A stretch of 64,000 bases of DNA, taken from the IMG/VR virus record IMGVR_UViG_3300016472_000923; one strand, written 5' to 3'. Under the pieces are notes generated by a model. The model saw only the letters and a list, made by a program, of their open reading frames with translations, had not been told where the DNA came from and ran no database searches. Source of the DNA: a virus. This document shows, piece after piece, positions 1-8,421 of this stretch (its first letter is position 1; each line of letters begins with the position of its first letter). The translations under genes were made by a program, and so were the position numbers.

Positions 1-228
1 GTACACACTCATGTTCAAGAAATCCAGTTTGAAATAACCACAATCCTCGGCTTGTTCATACTCAATCGCCGCACAATCCAGAACTGGATCATAGGGTATG
101 TCTGTGACGTACACGCCCGAATTATGCCGGCGAGAACGACCGTCGTTGTTTTGCCGGGCCGGCACGTGTTTTATCAAACGCAGTATGCTATCACGGTCAG
201 CAAAATCTATATCAATGTCTGCTTTCAT
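1..228 (-). CDS. Miniature DnaE (DNA Pol III alpha)-like palm protein, 3' end runs off the window; missing from the ORF track
   Basis: Hand translation from ATG 228: MKADIDIDFADRDSILRLIKHVPARQNNDGRSRRHNSGVYVTDIPYDPVLDCAAIEYEQAEDCGYFKLDFLNMSVY. It has the DnaE motifs DIDxDF, HxxGV and GxxKxDFL. An in-frame TAG lies just upstream of the ATG. Confidence 0.75.
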   Translation of the reverse strand, partial: MKADIDIDFADRDSILRLIKHVPARQNNDGRSRRHNSGVYVTDIPYDPVLDCAAIEYEQAEDCGYFKLDFLNMSVY

Positions 229-260
229 ATGATTTTTCTAAAAATTGATATCACAAAAAT

Positions 261-1256
261 TTATCCATTGAAATACTCCATGACCTCTTGGCTATTGGCA
301 AACCATTTATTTTGAGATACCTTGGATTCTTTGCCATACAGATTTTCAAGTTTGGCCTCTAGGTAGGCCTCTTGCAATAAATCAATACCATCTAAATCAA
401 ATATTTCCCCTTGGATGATCCTGTTGAAAATTGTATCAGTATTTTGCTTATGGTCTTTGTAAATCTGTTTTTCTAAAAAAGTATCATGCAATGTATCTAG
501 GTCTTTTTTGTTAGATATCTCGAACCCAAAAAATCGAGCCAAGTTTGTGAGTTGATCGATAAACTGAGACTTGTGATAAAAGCAAGAGAAAGGAAAGTCA
601 AAAATTTTGACACTGGTTGCATATTGCATCTTTGTTTGTTGTGTGATGAAACCGGCTTTTGAAGGGTCTTTGAATCCTATCTTGAAAAACTCTCTCAGTA
701 CGAATCTGGGGCAATGGGGATGATTTTCATTGAGCTCCAGTGGAATAAATCCATGGATATCAGTACATTCTTTTTGGATCCATTCTGGTAGCGATTTAAA
801 ATCATCCAAGGTGTATACCTCAGGCCACGAAGGATCTTTAATTGCCTTGTAGCTGGTTTCAATCTGCGAATGGAAAAATGAGTCGATCAGTTTATCTAAC
901 ACCCAGCGGTAACGATCATTGTTAAACTTATGATAGGTATCGATTTCTAAAAATTGATTATTGTAACCATATCCCCCGGCCCTCAATAGACTGATTGCCG
1001 ATAACGGCAGCAAATCATCAATCGCTATTTTGATAGCAATCACACCGTCAAAGGATCTTGCCATACCGGTCGACGAAAATGAAAAATGTCCGCAGTGGAA
1101 AACTTTTTCGCTTTGATAGACTTTGTCATGACTACCGCCCGTGGAATCAAAAGGCGATTCATTGCATTGTACATTGGCTAAAAATTTGTTACAAACAAAT
1201 TCTAAATAGTTTCCGTGCGCCCCGCCTTGGAAATCAATTATTATCTTTTTCACCAT
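261..1256 (-). CDS. Hypothetical protein, possibly P-loop/sulfotransferase-like
   Basis: Likely start MVKKIIIDFQGGAHGNYLEF (ATG 1256 overlaps the upstream stop). N-terminal strand plus Gly-rich loop; internal YKAIKDPSWP..LPEWIQKEC motif; AT-rich. Confidence 0.45.
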   Translation of the reverse strand: MVKKIIIDFQGGAHGNYLEFVCNKFLANVQCNESPFDSTGGSHDKVYQSEKVFHCGHFSFSSTGMARSFDGVIAIKIAIDDLLPLSAISLLRAGGYGYNNQFLEIDTYHKFNNDRYRWVLDKLIDSFFHSQIETSYKAIKDPSWPEVYTLDDFKSLPEWIQKECTDIHGFIPLELNENHPHCPRFVLREFFKIGFKDPSKAGFITQQTKMQYATSVKIFDFPFSCFYHKSQFIDQLTNLARFFGFEISNKKDLDTLHDTFLEKQIYKDHKQNTDTIFNRIIQGEIFDLDGIDLLQEAYLEAKLENLYGKESKVSQNKWFANSQEVMEYFNG

Positions 1257-1927
1257 CCAGCCTTTTGCAACAGATTGCGGCAGTATTCTACATCTGCTGC
1301 ATAATCTTTGAACTTGTGCTGCCAGAAATCCGTGTCGATCATGGGCCATATCATAGCGATCTGTTCCGAACTAAGTCTTGACAGCAATTCCTGGCCGGAA
1401 TCGCAGTTATACACGACCCAGGCACTGATTCGACCGGTGGTGATGGCATGGCACACAACATTGCTGTTGCCGTATCGCAGATAATCTCGATCAGGATTGC
1501 CTGTGTCTTCTGACCATGCTATGGCCTGCTCCATGGCTCTGGCCAGGGCATCGCTCACAGCCTCACGACGAAGATAATCCATAAGATATTCTGTATACAC
1601 ACTGTCCCTGCACCAATGATCGATCTTTTTGTTGTTCTTCAACAACCACTCAGTGAAACGATTGACATTTATAGCCCGGATGCTCACACAGTATCGACCG
1701 TACTTGACGAATGCGCGATAGTAAGGACTTTCGGCAAAGTCATCAAAGGTTTTCAACTTCGCAGAACCTTGGGTGATCTCATAGAAGCGCAGATAACTCT
1801 GCATTCCTATCTGCACACCCACTTCATCTCGTTCTTGATACCGGCGCTTGGGCTCGCAGACATGCACAGCCAGGCTCGACTCTCGCTGGAAAGACTTTTT
1901 ACAATATTGGCAGATAAACTGTGTCAA
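1250..1927 (-). CDS. Zinc-finger (C2H2/C2HC-like) protein
   Basis: CQYC-x12-HVC with conserved F and L. Probable TTG start at 1927 overlaps the upstream TGA. Confidence 0.6.
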   Translation of the reverse strand: MTQFICQYCKKSFQRESSLAVHVCEPKRRYQERDEVGVQIGMQSYLRFYEITQGSAKLKTFDDFAESPYYRAFVKYGRYCVSIRAINVNRFTEWLLKNNKKIDHWCRDSVYTEYLMDYLRREAVSDALARAMEQAIAWSEDTGNPDRDYLRYGNSNVVCHAITTGRISAWVVYNCDSGQELLSRLSSEQIAMIWPMIDTDFWQHKFKDYAADVEYCRNLLQKAGW

Positions 1928-2430
1928 GGTTTGTGTAGTTTGAATGCTACTGTAACACGCAGATCGGGACAATGTCTAGTGGGTTCTAGTCCACAGTGTG
2001 GAATAGTGGAATCGAAAAACACCATGCTGTTGGGGGTGGGATATCGTGTGACTACCCCATGATCCGTAGTGAACATGGTATGACCACCCCACTCTGGACG
2101 CCATTCATTGTTGGCGTAATAGAGCAAGGTATAGTATCGGCCGGGTTCCACATCTTCCACGTCCTGGTGTATACTGCCACAGAGTCCGTGGGTCTGGCCG
2201 TTGGCATACACACGGTCCAGGACCCAGTCCACTTGCGTGTCAGATTGGATTTTCTTGAGCAAGGTGGTGTTGAACAACGGATCGTCTTGGAGATCCATGT
2301 ACCAAAATTTAACACCTTCCCCATCGTTGCTGCTCTGATCGAATCGCCAGCCCTTGCCGCGCTGTGTCTTGGTGCATACCTGTGCCCAGTGGTCATAATC
2401 TAACCATTCATACACGCTATCAATATCCAT
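1924..2430 (-). CDS. 2OG-Fe(II) oxygenase
   Basis: HQD...WRPEWGG...FDSTIPH...RVTVAF (HxD..H..R signature). Confidence 0.85.
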   Translation of the reverse strand: MDIDSVYEWLDYDHWAQVCTKTQRGKGWRFDQSSNDGEGVKFWYMDLQDDPLFNTTLLKKIQSDTQVDWVLDRVYANGQTHGLCGSIHQDVEDVEPGRYYTLLYYANNEWRPEWGGHTMFTTDHGVVTRYPTPNSMVFFDSTIPHCGLEPTRHCPDLRVTVAFKLHKP

Positions 2431-2868
2431 TCATTCTACTCCTGATTGTTTCAAATATTCCTTGATGTCTTTTTTATCCGTGATAGATGCCAGGGCATCG
2501 ATGTCTGACATTTTCATGTTTGGATATAATTCCATCAGTGCTTTCTTGATTTCGTTGCTGCCAGCTTCTTTTTTCTTGGGAGCGATCCACTGATGGCGAA
2601 GTGTGCCCATGCCCGGACTCACACTAGTGGCCATCAGCCACTGTAATTTTGGATGCCGGTTGACTGCAAAGAAATGTTTGTTCAGCCTCTCGTTAGTGGA
2701 CACGACATAGAACTCCTGCAGATCCCTTGATCCTTGCACGCTGGAGCCCCAACGGATCATGAGGTAGTTGCTGAATTTCTTGCGCTCTTCGTCAGTAAGG
2801 CTGTCATAGAAATGGCGGTTCTTGTTGTCGAACTGTGCCATTTCGTTTTGTATAGAAAGTTTATCCAC
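2431..2868 (-). CDS. Probable clamp loader small subunit (T4 gp62-like)
   Basis: 145 aa with NYLMIRWGSS and WIAPKKK motifs resembling the gp62 family; replication context. Confidence 0.55.
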   Translation of the reverse strand: MDKLSIQNEMAQFDNKNRHFYDSLTDEERKKFSNYLMIRWGSSVQGSRDLQEFYVVSTNERLNKHFFAVNRHPKLQWLMATSVSPGMGTLRHQWIAPKKKEAGSNEIKKALMELYPNMKMSDIDALASITDKKDIKEYLKQSGVE

Positions 2869-3055
2869 GGGCGATCTTGTTCAAGTGTACAGCGTGTCGA
2901 TCCAGTTTACTTTTCAAGCGCCTTATGTCAGTTTGTAGATCTCTGATCACGGCATCTTGCGCCTTGATTTGTTCTTTGAGATGCCGTATTTCAGCATCAA
3001 GATCGGATTTCTTTTCCGGCAGAGGACTTGATCCGCCTTTTTCATATTGTTCCAT
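2861..3055 (-). CDS. Small coiled-coil hypothetical protein
   Basis: Heptad pattern; tightly packed between neighbours. Confidence 0.55.
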   Translation of the reverse strand: MEQYEKGGSSPLPEKKSDLDAEIRHLKEQIKAQDAVIRDLQTDIRRLKSKLDRHAVHLNKIARG

Positions 3056-3056
3056 G

Positions 3057-3557
3057 TTACCAGGCCTTGTTATAATCCACTATCTCGCAGTTGCGACTGA
3101 TATCCTTGACAAAGTAGATGCATTCCGGTTCACTTTCGGACCCTAGAGGCACGCACAGCATCTGTCCGTTCTTGAGTTTGGGCGCATACCAAGACACTTC
3201 ATGATACACATCTACGATCTCAATGTCGAGGAAACTGGGACGGAAACTGGTCAAAGGATTGAACTGGAAAACTTTGAATCCACGATCGTTGATCGAAGTC
3301 AAAGGCAGCATCTCTAGATCTCCTAGATCTGGTTCGCCGATCAAGACTTGCCAATCCACAGGCATCCTTACAGTGTGCTCTCCCACACGCAGCACCAAGG
3401 CCGGAGCATTGAAGCTTTCCAGGAAGATCAAAGGTATGTAATGATAATCAGGGTTGCTAGGATCTGAATTGTCCAGTATGGCGAAACGCATGTCGTCTAC
3501 CTCTTCGGGCAGAGTATCGAGTTCGTAAGGGGTATTGTCTAAGGTTAATATACGCAT
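3057..3557 (-). CDS. Hypothetical phage protein
   Basis: 166-aa ORF directly behind a sigma70-type promoter. Confidence 0.65.
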   Translation of the reverse strand: MRILTLDNTPYELDTLPEEVDDMRFAILDNSDPSNPDYHYIPLIFLESFNAPALVLRVGEHTVRMPVDWQVLIGEPDLGDLEMLPLTSINDRGFKVFQFNPLTSFRPSFLDIEIVDVYHEVSWYAPKLKNGQMLCVPLGSESEPECIYFVKDISRNCEIVDYNKAW

Positions 3558-3563
3558 GATTTT

Positions 3564-3591
3564 ATTATAACAAATTTTATCTTGATGTCAA
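3564..3591 (-). promoter_or_regulatory. sigma70-type promoter, probably leaderless
   Basis: TTGACA-16-TATAAT with extended -10 TG; ATG only 6 nt downstream, no SD. Confidence 0.7.
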
Positions 3592-4184
3592 TGATTTCTT
3601 CCCAGCATCACTGAAAAAGATCCTGGTTCCGATTCGACTTCTAATATTTTCCAACCCATGGCCTGCAGATATACCACCGTGGGACCGCACTTGCCGGTCC
3701 AAGTACCATCTGACAGCATCAAAGTATCATCACAAATCACTATGCCATTTTCTGACATGTGAGGGAGCAGATGTATCATTTGCGATAGATGCTCCATCTG
3801 GCTATTGCTATTGGTAAGACTGATCCCAAACTTATCATGATATTCTATCTTTTGTTGATCAAATATGTGTTGGAACTTCTTATTATTCCAATCCCAATCA
3901 AAGTTATCAAGATATAGCAAGGCTATCTTTTGATCTAGTCCGGGGAACACATCGCGTGCCCATTGACTGCCGGACATCTGTACGCCGACCACGCCCGGGA
4001 TATATCGGAAAATCTCAGCCCTATCATCAATGTCTACTGAATAAAGAATCGTGCCAAGATTTTGGGCCACAGCATTTAGAAAATGTGTGGATCCATCCCA
4101 CCCCTGAGATGCTCCAATCTCTACGAATACATCAGTGGCGCCAATGTGCTCGATGGTCTGTGATTTCTTGTATAGATTACCCAA
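3588..4184 (-). CDS. Class I SAM-dependent methyltransferase (Methyltransf_24-like)
   Basis: FVEIGAS, YSVDID, LLYLD, IVICDDT motifs. Confidence 0.75.
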   Translation of the reverse strand: MGNLYKKSQTIEHIGATDVFVEIGASQGWDGSTHFLNAVAQNLGTILYSVDIDDRAEIFRYIPGVVGVQMSGSQWARDVFPGLDQKIALLYLDNFDWDWNNKKFQHIFDQQKIEYHDKFGISLTNSNSQMEHLSQMIHLLPHMSENGIVICDDTLMLSDGTWTGKCGPTVVYLQAMGWKILEVESEPGSFSVMLGRNH

Positions 4185-4809
4185 ATTGTTTCTCTAAGAT
4201 AGTCCGGCAATGCTGTGCGAATCCCGATTGCCATTCTACGCTGTCCACATGATAACCAGGGCGGGGCTTGAACATGCCACTGGTTGCTAGATTTAATGAA
4301 ATTTCATGGCTGCGGAAATCGTCGAGCATGAGATGGTTCCAGGGATGCAGAGGTTTGGCTGGATTATTGCTCAGTCCGTTGAGCACGAAAGCAAATGCTA
4401 TATTTCTACGCTGTAACTCTACAAGACAACAACGGACCATGAGATAACTCTTTATCTCCATCATGTCGCTGCAGGTCGTCGCCTGATAATACCGCACTGC
4501 CATGGATCGATCAGGATCTCTATGTATATGTCCATTGCTGAGCCATCGATATGGAGGTTCATGTGTGTCCACAGGCATTGGCTGATCATTCACAAATTCC
4601 AATCTGTCTGGCATGGTCCATCCTGATATCACTGCATCGGGCTTGTGTTCTAATCCCTGCCAGAGATTATAAGCGATGATGGCATTGCTCATGCCCGACT
4701 GGGCATGATTTATAACTTGATATTCCGAGAGCATTTCGCTCCAGTGTTGGCCAGGAAACTCCGGATCTCTTTGCATGAAACTATCACCTACTACCAACAA
4801 TCGTTTCAT
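4177..4809 (-). CDS. SGNH/GDSL hydrolase-like protein
   Basis: LLVVGDSF, NHAQSGMSN and a C-terminal His; likely start MKRLL. Confidence 0.65.
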   Translation of the reverse strand: MKRLLVVGDSFMQRDPEFPGQHWSEMLSEYQVINHAQSGMSNAIIAYNLWQGLEHKPDAVISGWTMPDRLEFVNDQPMPVDTHEPPYRWLSNGHIHRDPDRSMAVRYYQATTCSDMMEIKSYLMVRCCLVELQRRNIAFAFVLNGLSNNPAKPLHPWNHLMLDDFRSHEISLNLATSGMFKPRPGYHVDSVEWQSGFAQHCRTILEKQFG

Positions 4810-6266
4810 TTCATCCATTCCAGTTTTTCATGGGTGAATGGATATCTAGCATCTTTGTAGTAGGCCTTGCGTTTGGTCAGATGCCTTTTTGCAAACTTAC
4901 AAGTCGATGTAATATCCCATATCTGTACGAAGTCTTTATCTTCCGCTTTGCGTATCCCACGGCCAATTGACTGGATAACACGCACAAAAGACTTGCCAGG
5001 CTCAACAAGCACCAGATTAAAAATACGGGGAATGTTAATGCCAACCGCAGCAACTCCATAGGTAGCCACAATGATTTTGTCTGTTGCCTCAGCCACTTCG
5101 TCATAGTGATCTTGTCTTTCTCCAGCCTTGGTAGCACCGGATATGAATACCGCGTTCGGCAATCTATTTACCAACTCCTGGCCCGGGGCGATGCGGTCAA
5201 CCAACACCAAGGTATTGCCGGTCTTGTTGACTTCGGCAATCAGCGTGGCCATGGTATCTAATCTGCCGCTCTCTTCCAACAGGTATTTGAGTTCGCTCTG
5301 ATAGTTGTTGTACTCCACATGGTCTACTAACTGCACGATGTTGACATGGCACTGTGCCAGCACTCCTCGATCCTGCAGTTCAGCAGCCGCCAGGCGCGAT
5401 ACCACAGGTCCCAAGCTCACATGTATGGCCTGGAACTCAAAGTCTTCCTTGGGCACAGTTCCTGTCAAACCCCACCGGATTGGCACTTGCGACATCACGC
5501 CAGTGAGCAAGGTTTTCAATGCATCAGCCTTGGCCATGTGTACTTCGTCCACTATCACACATACCACACCCTCCAAGAACTCCCCGATGGTGATGTCAGC
5601 AGATTGATTCTTGGTATTCTTCAGCAGGACATTAAGGCTCTGCCAAGTGCAGATGGTATGTTGGCGGCCGAACTCTTTCCTGTCCCCAAAGAACACACCG
5701 GTGTCTAGTCCGAGATTGACATAGTCCTTCTCGGTCTGTGTGACCAAGCTCTTGTTAGGCACTATGACGATGCTACGACCATAGGGCGTGACAGCATGAC
5801 TCAAGGCCGCGGTCATCACGGTCTTGCCAGCACCCGTGGCCACTTCTTGTATGCACTGTGGATTGGCCAAGAAGTCATTGATGATCTCGATCTGATAGTC
5901 ACGGAGAGAAACAGGTTCTCCAGCTTGGGGATGCCCTTTGGGCCAAGTGTACTGTGAAAATGTATCCTCTACCACTGGAGTAAATTCAAAAGTGGTGGTA
6001 TACTCTCTCTGGTCATCGAGCTCAACATCATAGTCATATTCTTCCAGCACTGGCAGGATCTCGGGCAACAGGTTCACATAAGTGGATCCACCCAGTTGGA
6101 AAAATGATACCTTGCCGTCCCAGCGTCCTAATCTCACAGCGGGCAGATAGCGAGCGTAAGGTACATCGTACTTGAATTTGTTCACTAGAGCTCGTCTGGC
6201 ATCCAGTTCCAGTCCTTCGATTTTGACATTGACTTCGTCACGGATTATCAAACGGGCTTGTCTCAC
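4806..6266 (-). CDS. uvsW: UvsW-like SF2 DNA helicase
   Basis: LRDYQ, ATGAGKT, VDEVH, GLTGT, QSIGRGIR. Confidence 0.92.
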   Translation of the reverse strand: MRQARLIIRDEVNVKIEGLELDARRALVNKFKYDVPYARYLPAVRLGRWDGKVSFFQLGGSTYVNLLPEILPVLEEYDYDVELDDQREYTTTFEFTPVVEDTFSQYTWPKGHPQAGEPVSLRDYQIEIINDFLANPQCIQEVATGAGKTVMTAALSHAVTPYGRSIVIVPNKSLVTQTEKDYVNLGLDTGVFFGDRKEFGRQHTICTWQSLNVLLKNTKNQSADITIGEFLEGVVCVIVDEVHMAKADALKTLLTGVMSQVPIRWGLTGTVPKEDFEFQAIHVSLGPVVSRLAAAELQDRGVLAQCHVNIVQLVDHVEYNNYQSELKYLLEESGRLDTMATLIAEVNKTGNTLVLVDRIAPGQELVNRLPNAVFISGATKAGERQDHYDEVAEATDKIIVATYGVAAVGINIPRIFNLVLVEPGKSFVRVIQSIGRGIRKAEDKDFVQIWDITSTCKFAKRHLTKRKAYYKDARYPFTHEKLEWMK

Positions 6267-7075
6267 AGTGTTATTCTTTTAGGATATGTTAAGTTTTGGA
6301 ATCTTGATTCTAGTACCTGCACATCATCAACCACTCCAATTGGAATTATAGCAGACATTTCCCAAGGTTGCCAACCTGTTTGATTCCAATGTTGACACCA
6401 GTCATTTTTGAAGGGCTCAAACCATTGATTGAATCCATCGATGTTTTTTGGTTTGACCATGCCATCAAGATCGATGTGCATCACAGGCTTCAGCCAGATC
6501 CAAGGTTTGGCCAATTCACAGATACGCCGGAGATCGGCCGGTTCTCTGTCACAGAAATATTGATAAGGAGTCTTGCCCAGCTCATGCTGATGTAGGAAAC
6601 ACAGGCCAGGGTATGTTGTTGTTTGAGCGTATTCCAGGAATGATCTGTCAAATGGTTTGATCAAAGGTCCGGCCGCTGGCCCATAGTCAAACCAAACATC
6701 AGTATGGCTGCGATTGTTCTTGTTTTTGTCTTCCAACAAATGGATTATATCATGCGCTTTTAACCAGGTTGCATCTTCTGGATTTTGGCTGAACTGGGAT
6801 ACATAGATGTCATGCAATCGATTCAGATATTGCTGATCATGTAAAAGATCTGGATTGATCTCCTCCGCGGACGCCAACCTACAATCAAGCAAAAGTTCGA
6901 TCAATTCTTGCCGGGATTGTGCGTCTGATTCATAGGGGTTCTCTCTAGCACCAAATCTAAGATCCACATGCCGCAGATGTTTTATGCAACCATGGTAATA
7001 GTGTGCTACGGGGTTGTCAAACAATTTCACTGGTACCTTGAGACCATCTGACCAGGTGATGTAAACTTCGGGCAT
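6263..7075 (-). CDS. Hypothetical protein (apparent paralog of 26043-26960)
   Basis: Shared DQxxLNRxH, IHxLE, [LV]G[KR] and PIG motifs. Confidence 0.6.
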   Translation of the reverse strand: MPEVYITWSDGLKVPVKLFDNPVAHYYHGCIKHLRHVDLRFGARENPYESDAQSRQELIELLLDCRLASAEEINPDLLHDQQYLNRLHDIYVSQFSQNPEDATWLKAHDIIHLLEDKNKNNRSHTDVWFDYGPAAGPLIKPFDRSFLEYAQTTTYPGLCFLHQHELGKTPYQYFCDREPADLRRICELAKPWIWLKPVMHIDLDGMVKPKNIDGFNQWFEPFKNDWCQHWNQTGWQPWEMSAIIPIGVVDDVQVLESRFQNLTYPKRITL

Positions 7076-7080
7076 GTTGA

Positions 7081-7086
7081 TATTTA
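7081..7086 (-). promoter_or_regulatory. T4-like late promoter TAAATA
   Basis: 5 nt upstream of ATG 7075, immediately after a terminator. Confidence 0.6.
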
Positions 7087-7092
7087 ATGGTC

Positions 7093-7123
7093 AAAAAAAG
7101 AGGTGCCGTTTTAAGGGCACCTC
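7093..7123 (-). terminator. Rho-independent terminator after the AAA+ ATPase
   Basis: GAGGTGCC/GGCACCTC stem followed by T7. Confidence 0.85.
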
Positions 7124-7174
7124 AGAAACGGATCGCCTAGGAGCTAGACAGTAAACGGCGACCCGGTACTGCTC

Positions 7175-8203
7175 TTAGCCGTGACGCATACAGGTCGACT
7201 CGGCCAAAGCCTGCCAGTTGTCGCCTATCTTGGTGAGATCGGCCAACTTCAGTGCCATGCGCAAGCTGATCTCTCTCAGCCGGGCATGATTGTCCTGCAT
7301 GAACTGGACGATCTCTTCGCCTTGTTCGGCTGTTAGTTCGTAGTCCTGGAACAAGTCACCTTTGCGGAAGATCTGGCGGATGCGCAGGATCTTGTCGCGG
7401 GTGGTGTCCAGGGTCAAGTCCAGGAAGTGGCACCGACTTTGCAGAGCCTCCAAGTGGTCTTGCAGTTTCTTTGATTTGAGGTGATCAAACTTCAAGTTGG
7501 TGATAAAGATCACTGAACCTTTGAAGTCAAAAGCATCAGGCACACCTTCTCGGCGCAACATCGAGCTGTCAGCGTTCCAGTGGATGCGACGCTTCTTGCC
7601 CGAGTCTAGAGCAGCCTTCAGGATGTTCAGCGCAACATCGTCTAAGAGGATCGAGTCACAGTCGTCGAACACCAGCACATTGCGCGGGTCCGAATTCTTG
7701 TAGAGAGTGCAGTACAGTCCAATGGGCGTCATTGCCCCCTTGATCACCTGGTACTTGATCTTCTTGCCGGAGATCTGATCAAACATGCCAGCCTTCTCCA
7801 GCTGATACTCCACGCCGTAGGATTTGCCTACTCCGGGAGGGCCCACCACGATCATGGCACGGATGTCGCCTGAGATAGCGGCTTTGGTCATGTCGTCCAG
7901 GATGTTGAATCTCTTTTCGATTCGATCCATGACCTGCTCGTCGGTCTCTGCTTCGGGAGCAGTCTTGAACTCTACTACATTGTCAGGCTTTGACACAGGC
8001 TTGTCTCCTACGAATTTGATGTCATCGATAGAACTCACACGAACTCGGATCTGCTCCGGCATGCCCGGGAACACGCCATTGTTGGCTACCACTACATTGC
8101 CGCCTTTGGCGTCAGTTTGGAAGTCACGGACTAGGGGAAAAGTCATGCCCGAAACTGGTTGATTGCGATATGTCCCGTTCAGGATCTGTACTTGAGTAGT
8201 CAT
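7175..8203 (-). CDS. AAA+ family ATPase
   Basis: Walker A GPPGVGKS, Walker B VLVFDDCD, IFITN, ALQSR arginine finger; SD AGGAG before ATG 8203. Confidence 0.85.
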   Translation of the reverse strand: MTTQVQILNGTYRNQPVSGMTFPLVRDFQTDAKGGNVVVANNGVFPGMPEQIRVRVSSIDDIKFVGDKPVSKPDNVVEFKTAPEAETDEQVMDRIEKRFNILDDMTKAAISGDIRAMIVVGPPGVGKSYGVEYQLEKAGMFDQISGKKIKYQVIKGAMTPIGLYCTLYKNSDPRNVLVFDDCDSILLDDVALNILKAALDSGKKRRIHWNADSSMLRREGVPDAFDFKGSVIFITNLKFDHLKSKKLQDHLEALQSRCHFLDLTLDTTRDKILRIRQIFRKGDLFQDYELTAEQGEEIVQFMQDNHARLREISLRMALKLADLTKIGDNWQALAESTCMRHG

Positions 8204-8235
8204 TGCTACGCTCCTATTTTGTTTACTATACAAAT

Positions 8236-8264
8236 ATTATACGATTTATTGTTTTTTTGGTCAA
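8236..8264 (-). promoter_or_regulatory. sigma70 (early) promoter
   Basis: TTGACC-17-TATAAT. Confidence 0.85.
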
Positions 8265-8386
8265 CCGCCGCTAAACACTAGGTTAGTAAGCACTTACCAA
8301 CAGATCCATAGACCCGGACTTAGGTTTTTACGCCCTAAAAACGGGCTACCCTGGATCTCTGCCGGGGGCGGAGAATGTCTTTCAAT
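8265..8386 (-). ncRNA. Candidate structured non-coding RNA or leader between two tandem promoters
   Basis: Non-coding, with nested stems (8302-8308/8352-8358, 8309-8316/8342-8348, 8320-8324/8334-8338), a near-palindrome at 8282-8301, and its own promoter upstream. Confidence 0.4.
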
Positions 8387-8392
8387 GTTGTA

Positions 8393-8421
8393 AGTGTACA
8401 GAAATAGGGTTTTTTGGTCAA
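8393..8421 (-). promoter_or_regulatory. sigma70 (early) promoter
   Basis: TTGACC-17-TACACT. Confidence 0.75.

Noticed and set aside
52-315. 87-aa plus-strand ORF
   Set aside because: It is antisense to the DnaE-motif reading frame at 1-228 and has no recognisable features.
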